Positions 7,884 to 16,264 of a stretch of 64,000 nt of DNA are shown here, piece by piece. Position 1 is the stretch's first letter, and each line of letters starts with the position of its first letter. Location of the stretch: the sequence record KJ019146.1; one strand, written 5' to 3'. Below the pieces are notes generated by a model. The model was not told where the DNA came from. It was given only the letters and a program-made list of their open reading frames with translations, and did not search any database. The position numbers were made by a program, and so were the translations under genes.

Positions 7884-9185
7884 ATGGCAGCATTAAGTTC
7901 CACTTCCCCAGGACAACTAGGTAAGTATGTCATCCCCACAGTCCAGAAACTAAATGATGCGATGAAACGCAGAACTAGTCTTGGTAGGGGGAGTGGTAAG
8001 TCTTATACCATTAAGAATACTCCTGCAAATGTAGCAGCCATCAAGGAGTTCTCTCGTATTGGTAGCTCTCCTAAGTCACAGAAAGAAGCACTTGCTATTA
8101 GTCTGCAGACCACTGATACTAAAGTTCCTACTATTACTATCGGTAGTATTGATAAACCTAATATCAAATACAACCTTGGGGATATGTCTGAGGCTGTAGT
8201 TGGTGCTGCTATTGCCGCCAGGTTCATCTACAAGAATAGAAGTATTACGGCTTCAAATGTTTATGGTGTCCTATATGGAATGCCACCATCATCTAACTAC
8301 CCAGGGAAGAAGGGAAAATATACAGAGAAGACATTCCAGTCAGTCAATGAAAATAAGAAGGTCACAGATCAGGTTAAGGTGTATATCTCCCTAGCTGAGG
8401 TTAATATGGCTGCTGTGATGGATAGATCCAATAAGGATCTTATTCTTCCTTATGTTCGTTCTGCAGTTAGATATGCTAATAGTACCACTGTCAAGAAGTG
8501 GTCCAAACTACTTTATGAGAACAATAGATCAGATAAGATTGATGTAATGTCCGATGGTCTTGGAGGACAAACCACAACTAAAGTGGATGTATATGTAAAA
8601 GTTAATGATGAGAAAGTAAATATTAATGTGTCACTGAAGGCTGGTGATGTCAAACAGTTTGGTCAGGTCTCTGGTATTGAGTTTGAGAAACAAACTAAAC
8701 TATGGGAAACCTCCTTTGGTTTTGGTAGTGAGATTAAGAGTCTAGAGTCAAAGTATAACCAGTTGATCTCAGATAAATCAACAGTCCCACAGGCTGTAAC
8801 TATGGTATATCAGGAGGTGGCTAACCTTTTCAATCAAGGTATTAAGAGAGGTGATGCTGGTATGATAAGGAAATTTGCCAACTCCATTAAGTATTTTGCT
8901 ACACTAAATGAAGATAATGTAACCCTACTACAGGTGGGTAATGACGCAGCAAAGCTCTATTCGTTTGATGATATATACCAAGGAATAGAAAACATGCAAC
9001 TGAACGCCACTGTTACTATGGGTAAGAGTGGTCTCCCAACTTTACTAATAAACGAGACTGCTAGTGGACAACCTCTCATTCAGTATCGTGTAAAGCAAGA
9101 GTTTAAGCCTGATGGATCTCCATACATCAGAAACTATGTGGAGAAGCAGACTGTTCTAGGAAAACTTATTGGTGAAAACCTCTAG
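7884..9185 (+). CDS. hypothetical protein, possible PD-(D/E)xK-fold nuclease
   Basis: 433-aa ORF. GDMSE...KVDV...NVSLK is reminiscent of restriction-fold motifs I-III. The function call is weak. Confidence 0.45.
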   Translation: MAALSSTSPGQLGKYVIPTVQKLNDAMKRRTSLGRGSGKSYTIKNTPANVAAIKEFSRIGSSPKSQKEALAISLQTTDTKVPTITIGSIDKPNIKYNLGDMSEAVVGAAIAARFIYKNRSITASNVYGVLYGMPPSSNYPGKKGKYTEKTFQSVNENKKVTDQVKVYISLAEVNMAAVMDRSNKDLILPYVRSAVRYANSTTVKKWSKLLYENNRSDKIDVMSDGLGGQTTTKVDVYVKVNDEKVNINVSLKAGDVKQFGQVSGIEFEKQTKLWETSFGFGSEIKSLESKYNQLISDKSTVPQAVTMVYQEVANLFNQGIKRGDAGMIRKFANSIKYFATLNEDNVTLLQVGNDAAKLYSFDDIYQGIENMQLNATVTMGKSGLPTLLINETASGQPLIQYRVKQEFKPDGSPYIRNYVEKQTVLGKLIGENL

Positions 9186-9188
9186 GTG

Positions 9189-9197
9189 TGTTATAAT
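9189..9197 (+). promoter_or_regulatory. extended -10 promoter upstream of dam-like gene
   Basis: TG-T-TATAAT. Confidence 0.55.
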
Positions 9198-9220
9198 ACC
9201 ATTGTAGAGATTGCTATTTT

Positions 9221-10120
9221 ATGAAGGAACGCAGAAAGTATCCAACCGTATTGAGGTATCCAGGCGGTAAGTCTAGGATTATCTACTATTTGTTTAGGGA
9301 AAATATGATCCCTAAGAATGTCAAGGAATACCGTGAGGGTTTCCTAGGTGGGGGTTCTTGTGCTCTTGCGTTCTCTGTGATGTACCCAAACACCCCAGTT
9401 TGGGTCAATGATCTTTACTACAATCTGTATATCTTCTGGACACAACTCCAGAAGAATCCAGATCCACTCATCAATCGTCTCCTAGAACTAAAGGACGAAG
9501 CCTGTGATGCATCAGGTACAGAAGAACTAGAGAAAAAGCATAGAAAACTCTACACAGATATGCGTGATCTCATTAACACCTCTAGTGATCACCTTGATAT
9601 TGCAACCTCCTTCTACATTCTAAACCGATCTAGTTTCGGTGGATTCACTGAACAAAACAAGAATGCCTTCATCCGAGACTCATACAAGAATACTATTTTC
9701 TCTCAGAGTAAAATCCGTAAGTTGGCTAATATCTCTGAGATTATCCAACCCTGGAGAATTACCAATACACACTACAAGGAACTAATGAGAACTCCTGGTG
9801 ATGATGTATTTGTGTTCCTAGACCCTCCATATCTAATCAAGGATATGTTGTATGGTAAGGACAAGGAGATGCACACTGGGTTCTCTCATGAAGAGTTTGT
9901 GAGTGAGTGTAAAGGTTCTACACATGACTGGATGATTACCTACAATGAACATGAGTGGTTGAGATCCCAGTTCGCTGACTATCATATGGAGTCTTTCGAG
10001 TTCCGTTATAGTCTCGCCCACAGGGAAGAGAATGGCAACAAGAAAGAAGAACTCCTCATAATGAACTATGAGATTCCTCGTGATATCCCAAACCCACTAG
10101 AGGTAGTTTTGTATGGATGA
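9221..10120 (+). CDS. dam: DNA adenine methyltransferase (Dam/D12 class)
   Basis: LRYPGGKS, FLGGGS, NDL and FLDPPY motifs. Target sequence unknown. Confidence 0.88.
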   Translation: MKERRKYPTVLRYPGGKSRIIYYLFRENMIPKNVKEYREGFLGGGSCALAFSVMYPNTPVWVNDLYYNLYIFWTQLQKNPDPLINRLLELKDEACDASGTEELEKKHRKLYTDMRDLINTSSDHLDIATSFYILNRSSFGGFTEQNKNAFIRDSYKNTIFSQSKIRKLANISEIIQPWRITNTHYKELMRTPGDDVFVFLDPPYLIKDMLYGKDKEMHTGFSHEEFVSECKGSTHDWMITYNEHEWLRSQFADYHMESFEFRYSLAHREENGNKKEELLIMNYEIPRDIPNPLEVVLYG

Positions 10121-10568
10121 TCTAGAGCTAGAGTATCATCTTTATCTGGATGGAAACCCTATTCAGACACTGAAGGATGACGCTAGTACAATGACTTTAG
10201 CCAAGAAGAGAGTTATCGGTCCTTACATTCGTAGAGCTGAATCTTTTATTAAAATATCAGAACCATTTAGGGAACTACTTCGTCTTGATGATGGTAAGGA
10301 TAAACTTCTAGATGCAATAGGTGTTGTCTGGGCACACTACTTTGAACATAAGATTAACAAGAAGTATATGGTTATCCCTAAGGATGCATCTCTTGATTTT
10401 ATGGAATACTTTGGTACTATGGCACAGAAGGATAAGTTCCCGGATGATAAATATATTAAGAAAGCTCAGCGTATCATTCTCTCTCACGAAAAGAGTATTG
10501 ATGCTTTCATTAAGGCTTTTCATAGTATCCGTTTAGCCAACGACAAATATCTCTCCCTGAAGAAATGA
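10113..10568 (+). CDS. hypothetical protein
   Basis: 151-aa ORF overlapping both neighbours. Confidence 0.7.
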   Translation: MDDLELEYHLYLDGNPIQTLKDDASTMTLAKKRVIGPYIRRAESFIKISEPFRELLRLDDGKDKLLDAIGVVWAHYFEHKINKKYMVIPKDASLDFMEYFGTMAQKDKFPDDKYIKKAQRIILSHEKSIDAFIKAFHSIRLANDKYLSLKK

Positions 10569-12955
10569 TCACACCGAAGTCCCTACTATCATTCCTATCT
10601 GAAGCCGCCGACTCAGAAGCCGCACAAAAGGCTAAGGAAATGGGTTTGACCTCTGCTGGTTATGGTAACTGGAGAGATAAGACAGGTAATGTTGTTGCTA
10701 GAACTGAAGGTGGTCAGTTAGTAATGCTCGAGCCTGGAGATCAATCAGGACAGCAAAGTGGAGCTCCAGAATCTGAAGTAGAACAACCCGAAGCACCACA
10801 AGTCCAAGAACCGGATCCAGCTATGGTTGAGAAAGTAGCTAAGGGTCTTTCTGGTGGTAGATATAATATTGCATCAGCACAGAGGAAGAAAGAGTTACTG
10901 GCTTCTGCTAGACAGATATTAATTAATAAACAGATCCAAGACGCTCAGATGCAGGCTGACGCTGATGCTCAGGCAGCGGCACAAAACCCACCAGAACCCA
11001 CTCCAGAGGAGTTGGAACAACAACAGGCAGATATGGAACTACAGCAACAGAATGCTGTAATGGATACCGAACTGAAGGCACAGAGTGTTGAGAACGGGAA
11101 ACTGGACCTTCAGATGAAGAAGGACCAGATGAAGCAACAGAAGGAGGCAGAGAAAGAAGCCAAGGCTATGGATAAGTTAGCCAAGAAAGCTCAAGCTGAA
11201 CAGGAGGCTCAACAGCAGGCTGAAGTAGAAGCTCAACAACAGGCTGATATGGAAGCCCAACAGCAGGCAGATATGGAGGCACAACAGGCACCACCTACAC
11301 CCAGGAAGAGGAAACCTAAAAAGAAGGTAACTGAGTTTGATGGTAACAGAGTAAATAGAAATGAAGATGAACCAACAGATGAGGAGATGGATGATATCCT
11401 AAAACTAATCAGAAGTGAAGGACCATCTACTGCTGGAGACACTATAACAGCGGCAACTAAGGCAGCAAAAGTTCAGAACGATATTGATAATACAGATTAT
11501 GAGATGGATGATATCGAAAGTGATATTACATCTGGTGATTTTGAGAATGAAATTGATGCACTCTACGAGAAACTGGGAGAACTAACTGATAGGCAGAAGA
11601 AGAATGTAGATAAGAAGTTTGGTCAGGTTCGTAAATCTCTATCTAAGATTAGTGATAAGACTAGTAGGGATAATATGAAACAGGCTTTGGCACTTGCTGC
11701 TACCTATACTGGTCGTGTCAACTCAGGTGCTGGTAAGAACGCTCTCGGTTTAGTTGACTATCAGGTACTAAAGTCTAATACACCCCGTTTAGTTGCTGGT
11801 TATGGTAATGGAACACCCCAAGAAGTTAAGAAGTTCGTAGAATCCACTAGGGTTTACAATGTTTCTGATGAAGAAGTGGATGCATTCTATGAGATGCTCC
11901 CACAAAAACTTAAGAATGGATTTAACAAAGCAGGAACTATTGCTCCATCATATCGTGGTCATTACCTAGGTCAGGATGAAAATGGTGAAGCAATTAGAGG
12001 TACATTGAGTGCCAGTACTTCACAGCGTGGTAAGATTGTTGCTCGTCTTCTACTACAACAGGGACTAAGAGACGCATATACTGGACTACCACTGAATCTA
12101 AATCAAGTAGATCTAGAACATGTTGTTGGTTTCAATAACAATGACTATGGTAAAGCCACACAAGAGGAGTTCAATCAGAGAGAGAATATTGATAACTTTG
12201 TATTGACTGCATCTAATGTCAATCAACTCAAGGCTGATAAGAATATGCAGGACTTTATCACTACAGAAGTTGATAAACTTGACTCATTTACAGAACAGGA
12301 TTTTGATGCTAGAGATGATCTAACGAATAGATCAAACGATATCAATACCTCTGGATCTACATTATCATCACTATTCCTCAATGATGGACAGAAACCTGGT
12401 GGTGATCTGGCTAAGATGATCAGTCCTCAGGCTTCTTATGAGAACTTTGATGCATATGCCGAGCGGGATAGGACAATGACGAAGGATATTAACTCCCAGA
12501 TTAATAAGTTTGCTAAGGGTAAAGGTATCAAACTAGCTGGTGTGAAGAATAGAATGGGATATGAGACTATGAAGAAACTAGGTTTGGGTTCATATATTCC
12601 TAAAGCACCAACCCTAGATGATCAGGGTAGAGTTGTGAAAGAAGGTCGTGGTAATCAATCTAAGTTTGATGATAAGGTCTATGTTGCCTTCCTATCATCA
12701 GTGATGGCTAAGGATGATGCTGGTAGAACCGCGGGTCGTGAAGCCTGGGACAACGCTAGACAGTCAGCCGTTGATGCGATGCAGGTGTCAGGTAATAACG
12801 GAGACGGAAAGAGAGCTATTATCTCCTCACTAATTGAATCTGGATACCTTGATCAGAGATTCTTTGATGATAAGGAGTTTCGTAGAATCCTCAAGGAAGA
12901 GTGTGGTTGGAGTTACAGTCTATACTTGGCAGAACAGAGATTGGGTCTGTTATAA
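10565..12955 (+). CDS. 796-aa protein: internal-head-protein-like N-terminus, Q-rich linker, HNH-type nuclease domain
   Basis: RDAYTG...DLEHVV...NFVLTASNVNQLK forms an HNH pattern. The N-terminal module is shared with ORF 16265. Confidence 0.65.
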   Translation: MITPKSLLSFLSEAADSEAAQKAKEMGLTSAGYGNWRDKTGNVVARTEGGQLVMLEPGDQSGQQSGAPESEVEQPEAPQVQEPDPAMVEKVAKGLSGGRYNIASAQRKKELLASARQILINKQIQDAQMQADADAQAAAQNPPEPTPEELEQQQADMELQQQNAVMDTELKAQSVENGKLDLQMKKDQMKQQKEAEKEAKAMDKLAKKAQAEQEAQQQAEVEAQQQADMEAQQQADMEAQQAPPTPRKRKPKKKVTEFDGNRVNRNEDEPTDEEMDDILKLIRSEGPSTAGDTITAATKAAKVQNDIDNTDYEMDDIESDITSGDFENEIDALYEKLGELTDRQKKNVDKKFGQVRKSLSKISDKTSRDNMKQALALAATYTGRVNSGAGKNALGLVDYQVLKSNTPRLVAGYGNGTPQEVKKFVESTRVYNVSDEEVDAFYEMLPQKLKNGFNKAGTIAPSYRGHYLGQDENGEAIRGTLSASTSQRGKIVARLLLQQGLRDAYTGLPLNLNQVDLEHVVGFNNNDYGKATQEEFNQRENIDNFVLTASNVNQLKADKNMQDFITTEVDKLDSFTEQDFDARDDLTNRSNDINTSGSTLSSLFLNDGQKPGGDLAKMISPQASYENFDAYAERDRTMTKDINSQINKFAKGKGIKLAGVKNRMGYETMKKLGLGSYIPKAPTLDDQGRVVKEGRGNQSKFDDKVYVAFLSSVMAKDDAGRTAGREAWDNARQSAVDAMQVSGNNGDGKRAIISSLIESGYLDQRFFDDKEFRRILKEECGWSYSLYLAEQRLGLL
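11210..11290 (+). repeat. 24-nt degenerate coding repeat (QQQADMEA-like, three copies)
   Basis: QQQAEVEA QQQADMEA QQQADMEA in the translation. Boundaries approximate. Confidence 0.7.
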
Positions 12956-12978
12956 TAACTGTAAGGTTATTATTCTAA

Positions 12979-13722
12979 ATGCAGAGTTTTGATGTTGTTA
13001 TTGGCAACCCCCCATACCAGGATGGTAGTGGGGATAAAGAGAAGGGGTTATCTGGATCAAAGAAGAACCTATACTCTGCCTTTATCACCAAGAGTATTGA
13101 ACTACTAAAACCCAACGGATATCTATCATATATCTGTCCACCTGGATACATCAAAACAACTTCTATTGAGAAACCCTCACCACTATTCAAACTAATCCAA
13201 CAGTATAATCTTATCTCTGTTGACTTCAATTGTAAGAAATACTTTCCAACAGTCTCCCTACCAGTCATCACCCGTTTCCTTCTACAGAACACAAAGGAAT
13301 ATAAGGGAACTGATTTTGGTAGTGAGGTCATTGATATTTCTCTTATGGATTATATACCTATCCATTGTTCCAAAGATACACTGAAACGGTTAGAAGAGGT
13401 AGTATCCAAGAAGAAAACCCTAAACTTTAAGAGAGATGATAGTTTTGGGGTAGTGAATAAGTGTATCAAAGACAAAACTAACTTTGTCGTTATAGCACAA
13501 GTATCACCATCCAAACTAGAAGTTTGTGTGAATGATGTATTGATAAATAAAAAGGGAAACAGGAAACCAGTTCATGTTATGGTATGTGATAATACTAGGC
13601 ATGCGGAACGTATTGGTGATATAATGAGAAGCGAGAATGCCACATTTTTAAATACCACCCTACGATATGGTGATGGAAACGTCTATCCTGGAATCATTAA
13701 CTACCTAAACTATGAAATTTGA
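12979..13722 (+). CDS. N6-adenine methyltransferase-like protein, motif IV plus TRD only
   Basis: Begins MQSFDVVIGNPPY; NLYSAFITKS..LLKPNGYLSYI; no FxGxG motif I. Confidence 0.75.
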   Translation: MQSFDVVIGNPPYQDGSGDKEKGLSGSKKNLYSAFITKSIELLKPNGYLSYICPPGYIKTTSIEKPSPLFKLIQQYNLISVDFNCKKYFPTVSLPVITRFLLQNTKEYKGTDFGSEVIDISLMDYIPIHCSKDTLKRLEEVVSKKKTLNFKRDDSFGVVNKCIKDKTNFVVIAQVSPSKLEVCVNDVLINKKGNRKPVHVMVCDNTRHAERIGDIMRSENATFLNTTLRYGDGNVYPGIINYLNYEI

Positions 13723-14617
13723 TGTTGTTATTGGCAACCCTCCATATCAGAATCCTGATGGTGTAAAGAACAAGAAGATCTGGTTATCTTTCTTTGATCT
13801 TGGTGTCTCCCTCCTAAAGAAGGGTGGCACCATGTGTTATATCACGCCCACCACTCACTTCTGGAGTTTGGGTAGAAAGTGGCAAACTGGTGTGTCTGCT
13901 GATATTCTACTGAAACAGAACAACCTTCGTAGTGTAGATTTCACTACATCCAAACACTTCCCACAGGTTGGTGACTACATCTGCAACTATGTTCTACGCA
14001 AAGAACCTCCCAGTGGTATGGTAGATGTTATTGAGAAAGATGGGACAGAGGTTCTACGCCCACATAATGATGTCTATGATTGTGATGAGGAGAGACAAAA
14101 GGCAAAGTTCTTCTCTGCTATGAGAGAACTACGAGAGAAGTATGGGAAGTATCATATTCCCCACGACACAAGAGATAAGAGTCATTATAGTCAGACACAG
14201 GAGGGTGTGTATCAGCATCCTACTTATATTTCGGCAGCAAAACAGATATGGTATGCTGACAGTCCTACACTAGGAACTGATACATTAAAGATTATTATGA
14301 ATATGTCTTCCTACTTCTGGAATATCAATGATACTCAGAAGTATATGAGGATTGATTCAGGTCCTGGTGTTGGGTTATTGGGAAGAATGTTGGCAATTGA
14401 TAGTGTGAAGGATGGTGAGAAGATAGTTGAGTACCTAACTTCACCACTAGTGAAGTTCTACATTGACTGTATGAAGAGGACATCCCCATGGAACCACGCG
14501 ATGTATCAGTTACCAAAGTGTCACCATATGACAGAGAGTGAGATCCTAGATGAGATGGGTTGGACTAGAGACCAGTTTGAAGAAATGTATCCAGAACGTC
14601 TGGAAACCAAAGTATAG
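13712..14617 (+). CDS. N6-adenine methyltransferase-like protein, motif IV plus TRD only
   Basis: Begins MKFDVVIGNPPY; LLKKGGTMCYITP; no motif I. Confidence 0.75.
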   Translation: MKFDVVIGNPPYQNPDGVKNKKIWLSFFDLGVSLLKKGGTMCYITPTTHFWSLGRKWQTGVSADILLKQNNLRSVDFTTSKHFPQVGDYICNYVLRKEPPSGMVDVIEKDGTEVLRPHNDVYDCDEERQKAKFFSAMRELREKYGKYHIPHDTRDKSHYSQTQEGVYQHPTYISAAKQIWYADSPTLGTDTLKIIMNMSSYFWNINDTQKYMRIDSGPGVGLLGRMLAIDSVKDGEKIVEYLTSPLVKFYIDCMKRTSPWNHAMYQLPKCHHMTESEILDEMGWTRDQFEEMYPERLETKV

Positions 14618-14646
14618 TTGACAAGGGACCCCAGGTGTGTTATACT
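14618..14646 (+). promoter_or_regulatory. sigma70-type early promoter
   Basis: TTGACA (14618-14623), N17, TATACT (14641-14646). Confidence 0.85.
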
Positions 14647-14671
14647 ATCTGGGTAGGTTAGGTTATTCTGT

Positions 14672-15553
14672 ATGGTGAAACCCCTGTTTAAGTGGACTGG
14701 TGGAAAGGGGCGACTATTCCAGAAGTATCAAGATCTAAATTTCTTCCCAGAGGCAGACAGGTTCGACACATTTGTTGACCTGTTTTTTGGTGCTGGGTCA
14801 GTGAGTCTTTGGGTTGCGGAGAAGTATCCAGATAAGAAACTTATTATTAATGATAAGAACACGGAACTTATGGGGTTATATACCCAAATACGTGACAACT
14901 GGGGTGAGTTTAGTGAGCACTATAAGAGAGTGTATAACGTATTCCTAGACACCCCAATAGAGAAAAGAAAGGCACTCTACAACTGCTATAAGAAGAGATA
15001 CGCATGGAACTATAAGTGGTTGTCAGAAGCAGAAATTGCGGCAAACCTCCTGGTTATGATGAAGATTAACTTCAATGGTATTTGGCTAGCTTATAAGATG
15101 TATGGTCGTAGGTATTCTACGGCACCAGGGAAGATTGATTATAAAGAAAGTATCTTTAGTATGGAGAATGTGGAACAGTTCCGTGAAGTCCTACTACGGG
15201 CAACACTCTACAATAGATCCTTTGAGGATGTTCCTATTCCTGATAACTCCTGGGTATTTGCTGATCCACCATACAGAGACACCAGAGATATGTATTCTGA
15301 TACATTCACCGATGAACTTCAGTCTAAACTGGCAAAGTTCATAGTCTCTACAAATGGACTATACTGTGAGTCTAATAAAGAAACTGGTGATGGTTTCTGG
15401 GGAGAACACTTCCCCATGGAGAACATCCACTTCACAGATCACAAATACACTTGTGGTTATGGGGGTTCCATTAACCCAGTCACTGAAGTTCTTATAAAGA
15501 ACTATGGGAATAATATCCCACAACCAACTACCCTTGATTCCTTTTTTAACTGA
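14672..15553 (+). CDS. second Dam/D12-class DNA adenine methyltransferase
   Basis: FKWTGGKGRL, DLFFGAGS, INDKN and FADPPY motifs. Confidence 0.85.
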   Translation: MVKPLFKWTGGKGRLFQKYQDLNFFPEADRFDTFVDLFFGAGSVSLWVAEKYPDKKLIINDKNTELMGLYTQIRDNWGEFSEHYKRVYNVFLDTPIEKRKALYNCYKKRYAWNYKWLSEAEIAANLLVMMKINFNGIWLAYKMYGRRYSTAPGKIDYKESIFSMENVEQFREVLLRATLYNRSFEDVPIPDNSWVFADPPYRDTRDMYSDTFTDELQSKLAKFIVSTNGLYCESNKETGDGFWGEHFPMENIHFTDHKYTCGYGGSINPVTEVLIKNYGNNIPQPTTLDSFFN

Positions 15554-15555
15554 TT

Positions 15556-16248
15556 ATGCAAAAGAAAAACCGTATCTCCCACGAAGAAGAAATCAAACTA
15601 TGTCGTCAGGCACAACTACAAGATCATACATCCAAGTATGCTATGACTAAAATGGTTAGTGCTAATATTGGGTTGGTTGAGAAACTCGCTAACAAACTCT
15701 ACATCAAGAATGATCAATACTCTTTCGATGATCTATACCAGGAGGGTGTATTTGGTCTTATCAGAGGTGTGAATAAGTTTGATCCTAGTGTTGGGTGTAG
15801 GTTCTCCACATATTCATACTACTGGATCTATAGTTATATCATGAGGTATTGTGAGAATAACCTAGGCAAGATCCGTATTCCAACTCACCTCCGTGAGAAG
15901 ATGAGGAAACAGAAAGATAATAAAACAGAGTTGGATAAACTAAAATCAAAGGTTCCTTCAGTAGTATCATTGAATACAATAGTGGGTGAATCACTACCCT
16001 TGGATAATGTAGTTACATACACCGAGAATATCTCATTTGATGATGAGATGGAACATGTTTTGGTTGTTATGAATGAGGTTTTGGATGAAAGAGAACACCA
16101 GGTTCTCTGTAGTAGGTTTGGTATTGGTGGTGAGAAACCTCTATCACAAAGAGAGTGTGCTAAACTACACAATGTTACCCATGGTGCTATCTATTTGATC
16201 GAGAAGAGATCCATCAAGAAAATCAAACACCATATGGGGTATAAATAA
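15556..16248 (+). CDS. sigma70-family (RpoD/RpoS-like) sigma factor
   Basis: Region 1.2 SHEEEIKL; region 2 ANIGLV...DDLYQEGVFGLIRGVNKFDP...RFSTYSYYWI; region 4 HTH LDERE...RFG...SQRE. Confidence 0.88.
   Translation: MQKKNRISHEEEIKLCRQAQLQDHTSKYAMTKMVSANIGLVEKLANKLYIKNDQYSFDDLYQEGVFGLIRGVNKFDPSVGCRFSTYSYYWIYSYIMRYCENNLGKIRIPTHLREKMRKQKDNKTELDKLKSKVPSVVSLNTIVGESLPLDNVVTYTENISFDDEMEHVLVVMNEVLDEREHQVLCSRFGIGGEKPLSQRECAKLHNVTHGAIYLIEKRSIKKIKHHMGYK
16240..16247 (+). promoter_or_regulatory. T4-type late promoter
   Basis: TATAAATA, 17 nt upstream of ORF 16265. Confidence 0.7.
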
Positions 16249-16264
16249 TACTATAGTAGATTCT

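Noticed and set aside
10565-12955. Calling the 796-aa protein Cas9/IscB
   Set aside because: Only the HNH segment resembles Cas9. No RuvC I-III or bridge-helix motifs are recognisable, and no repeat-spacer array is nearby.
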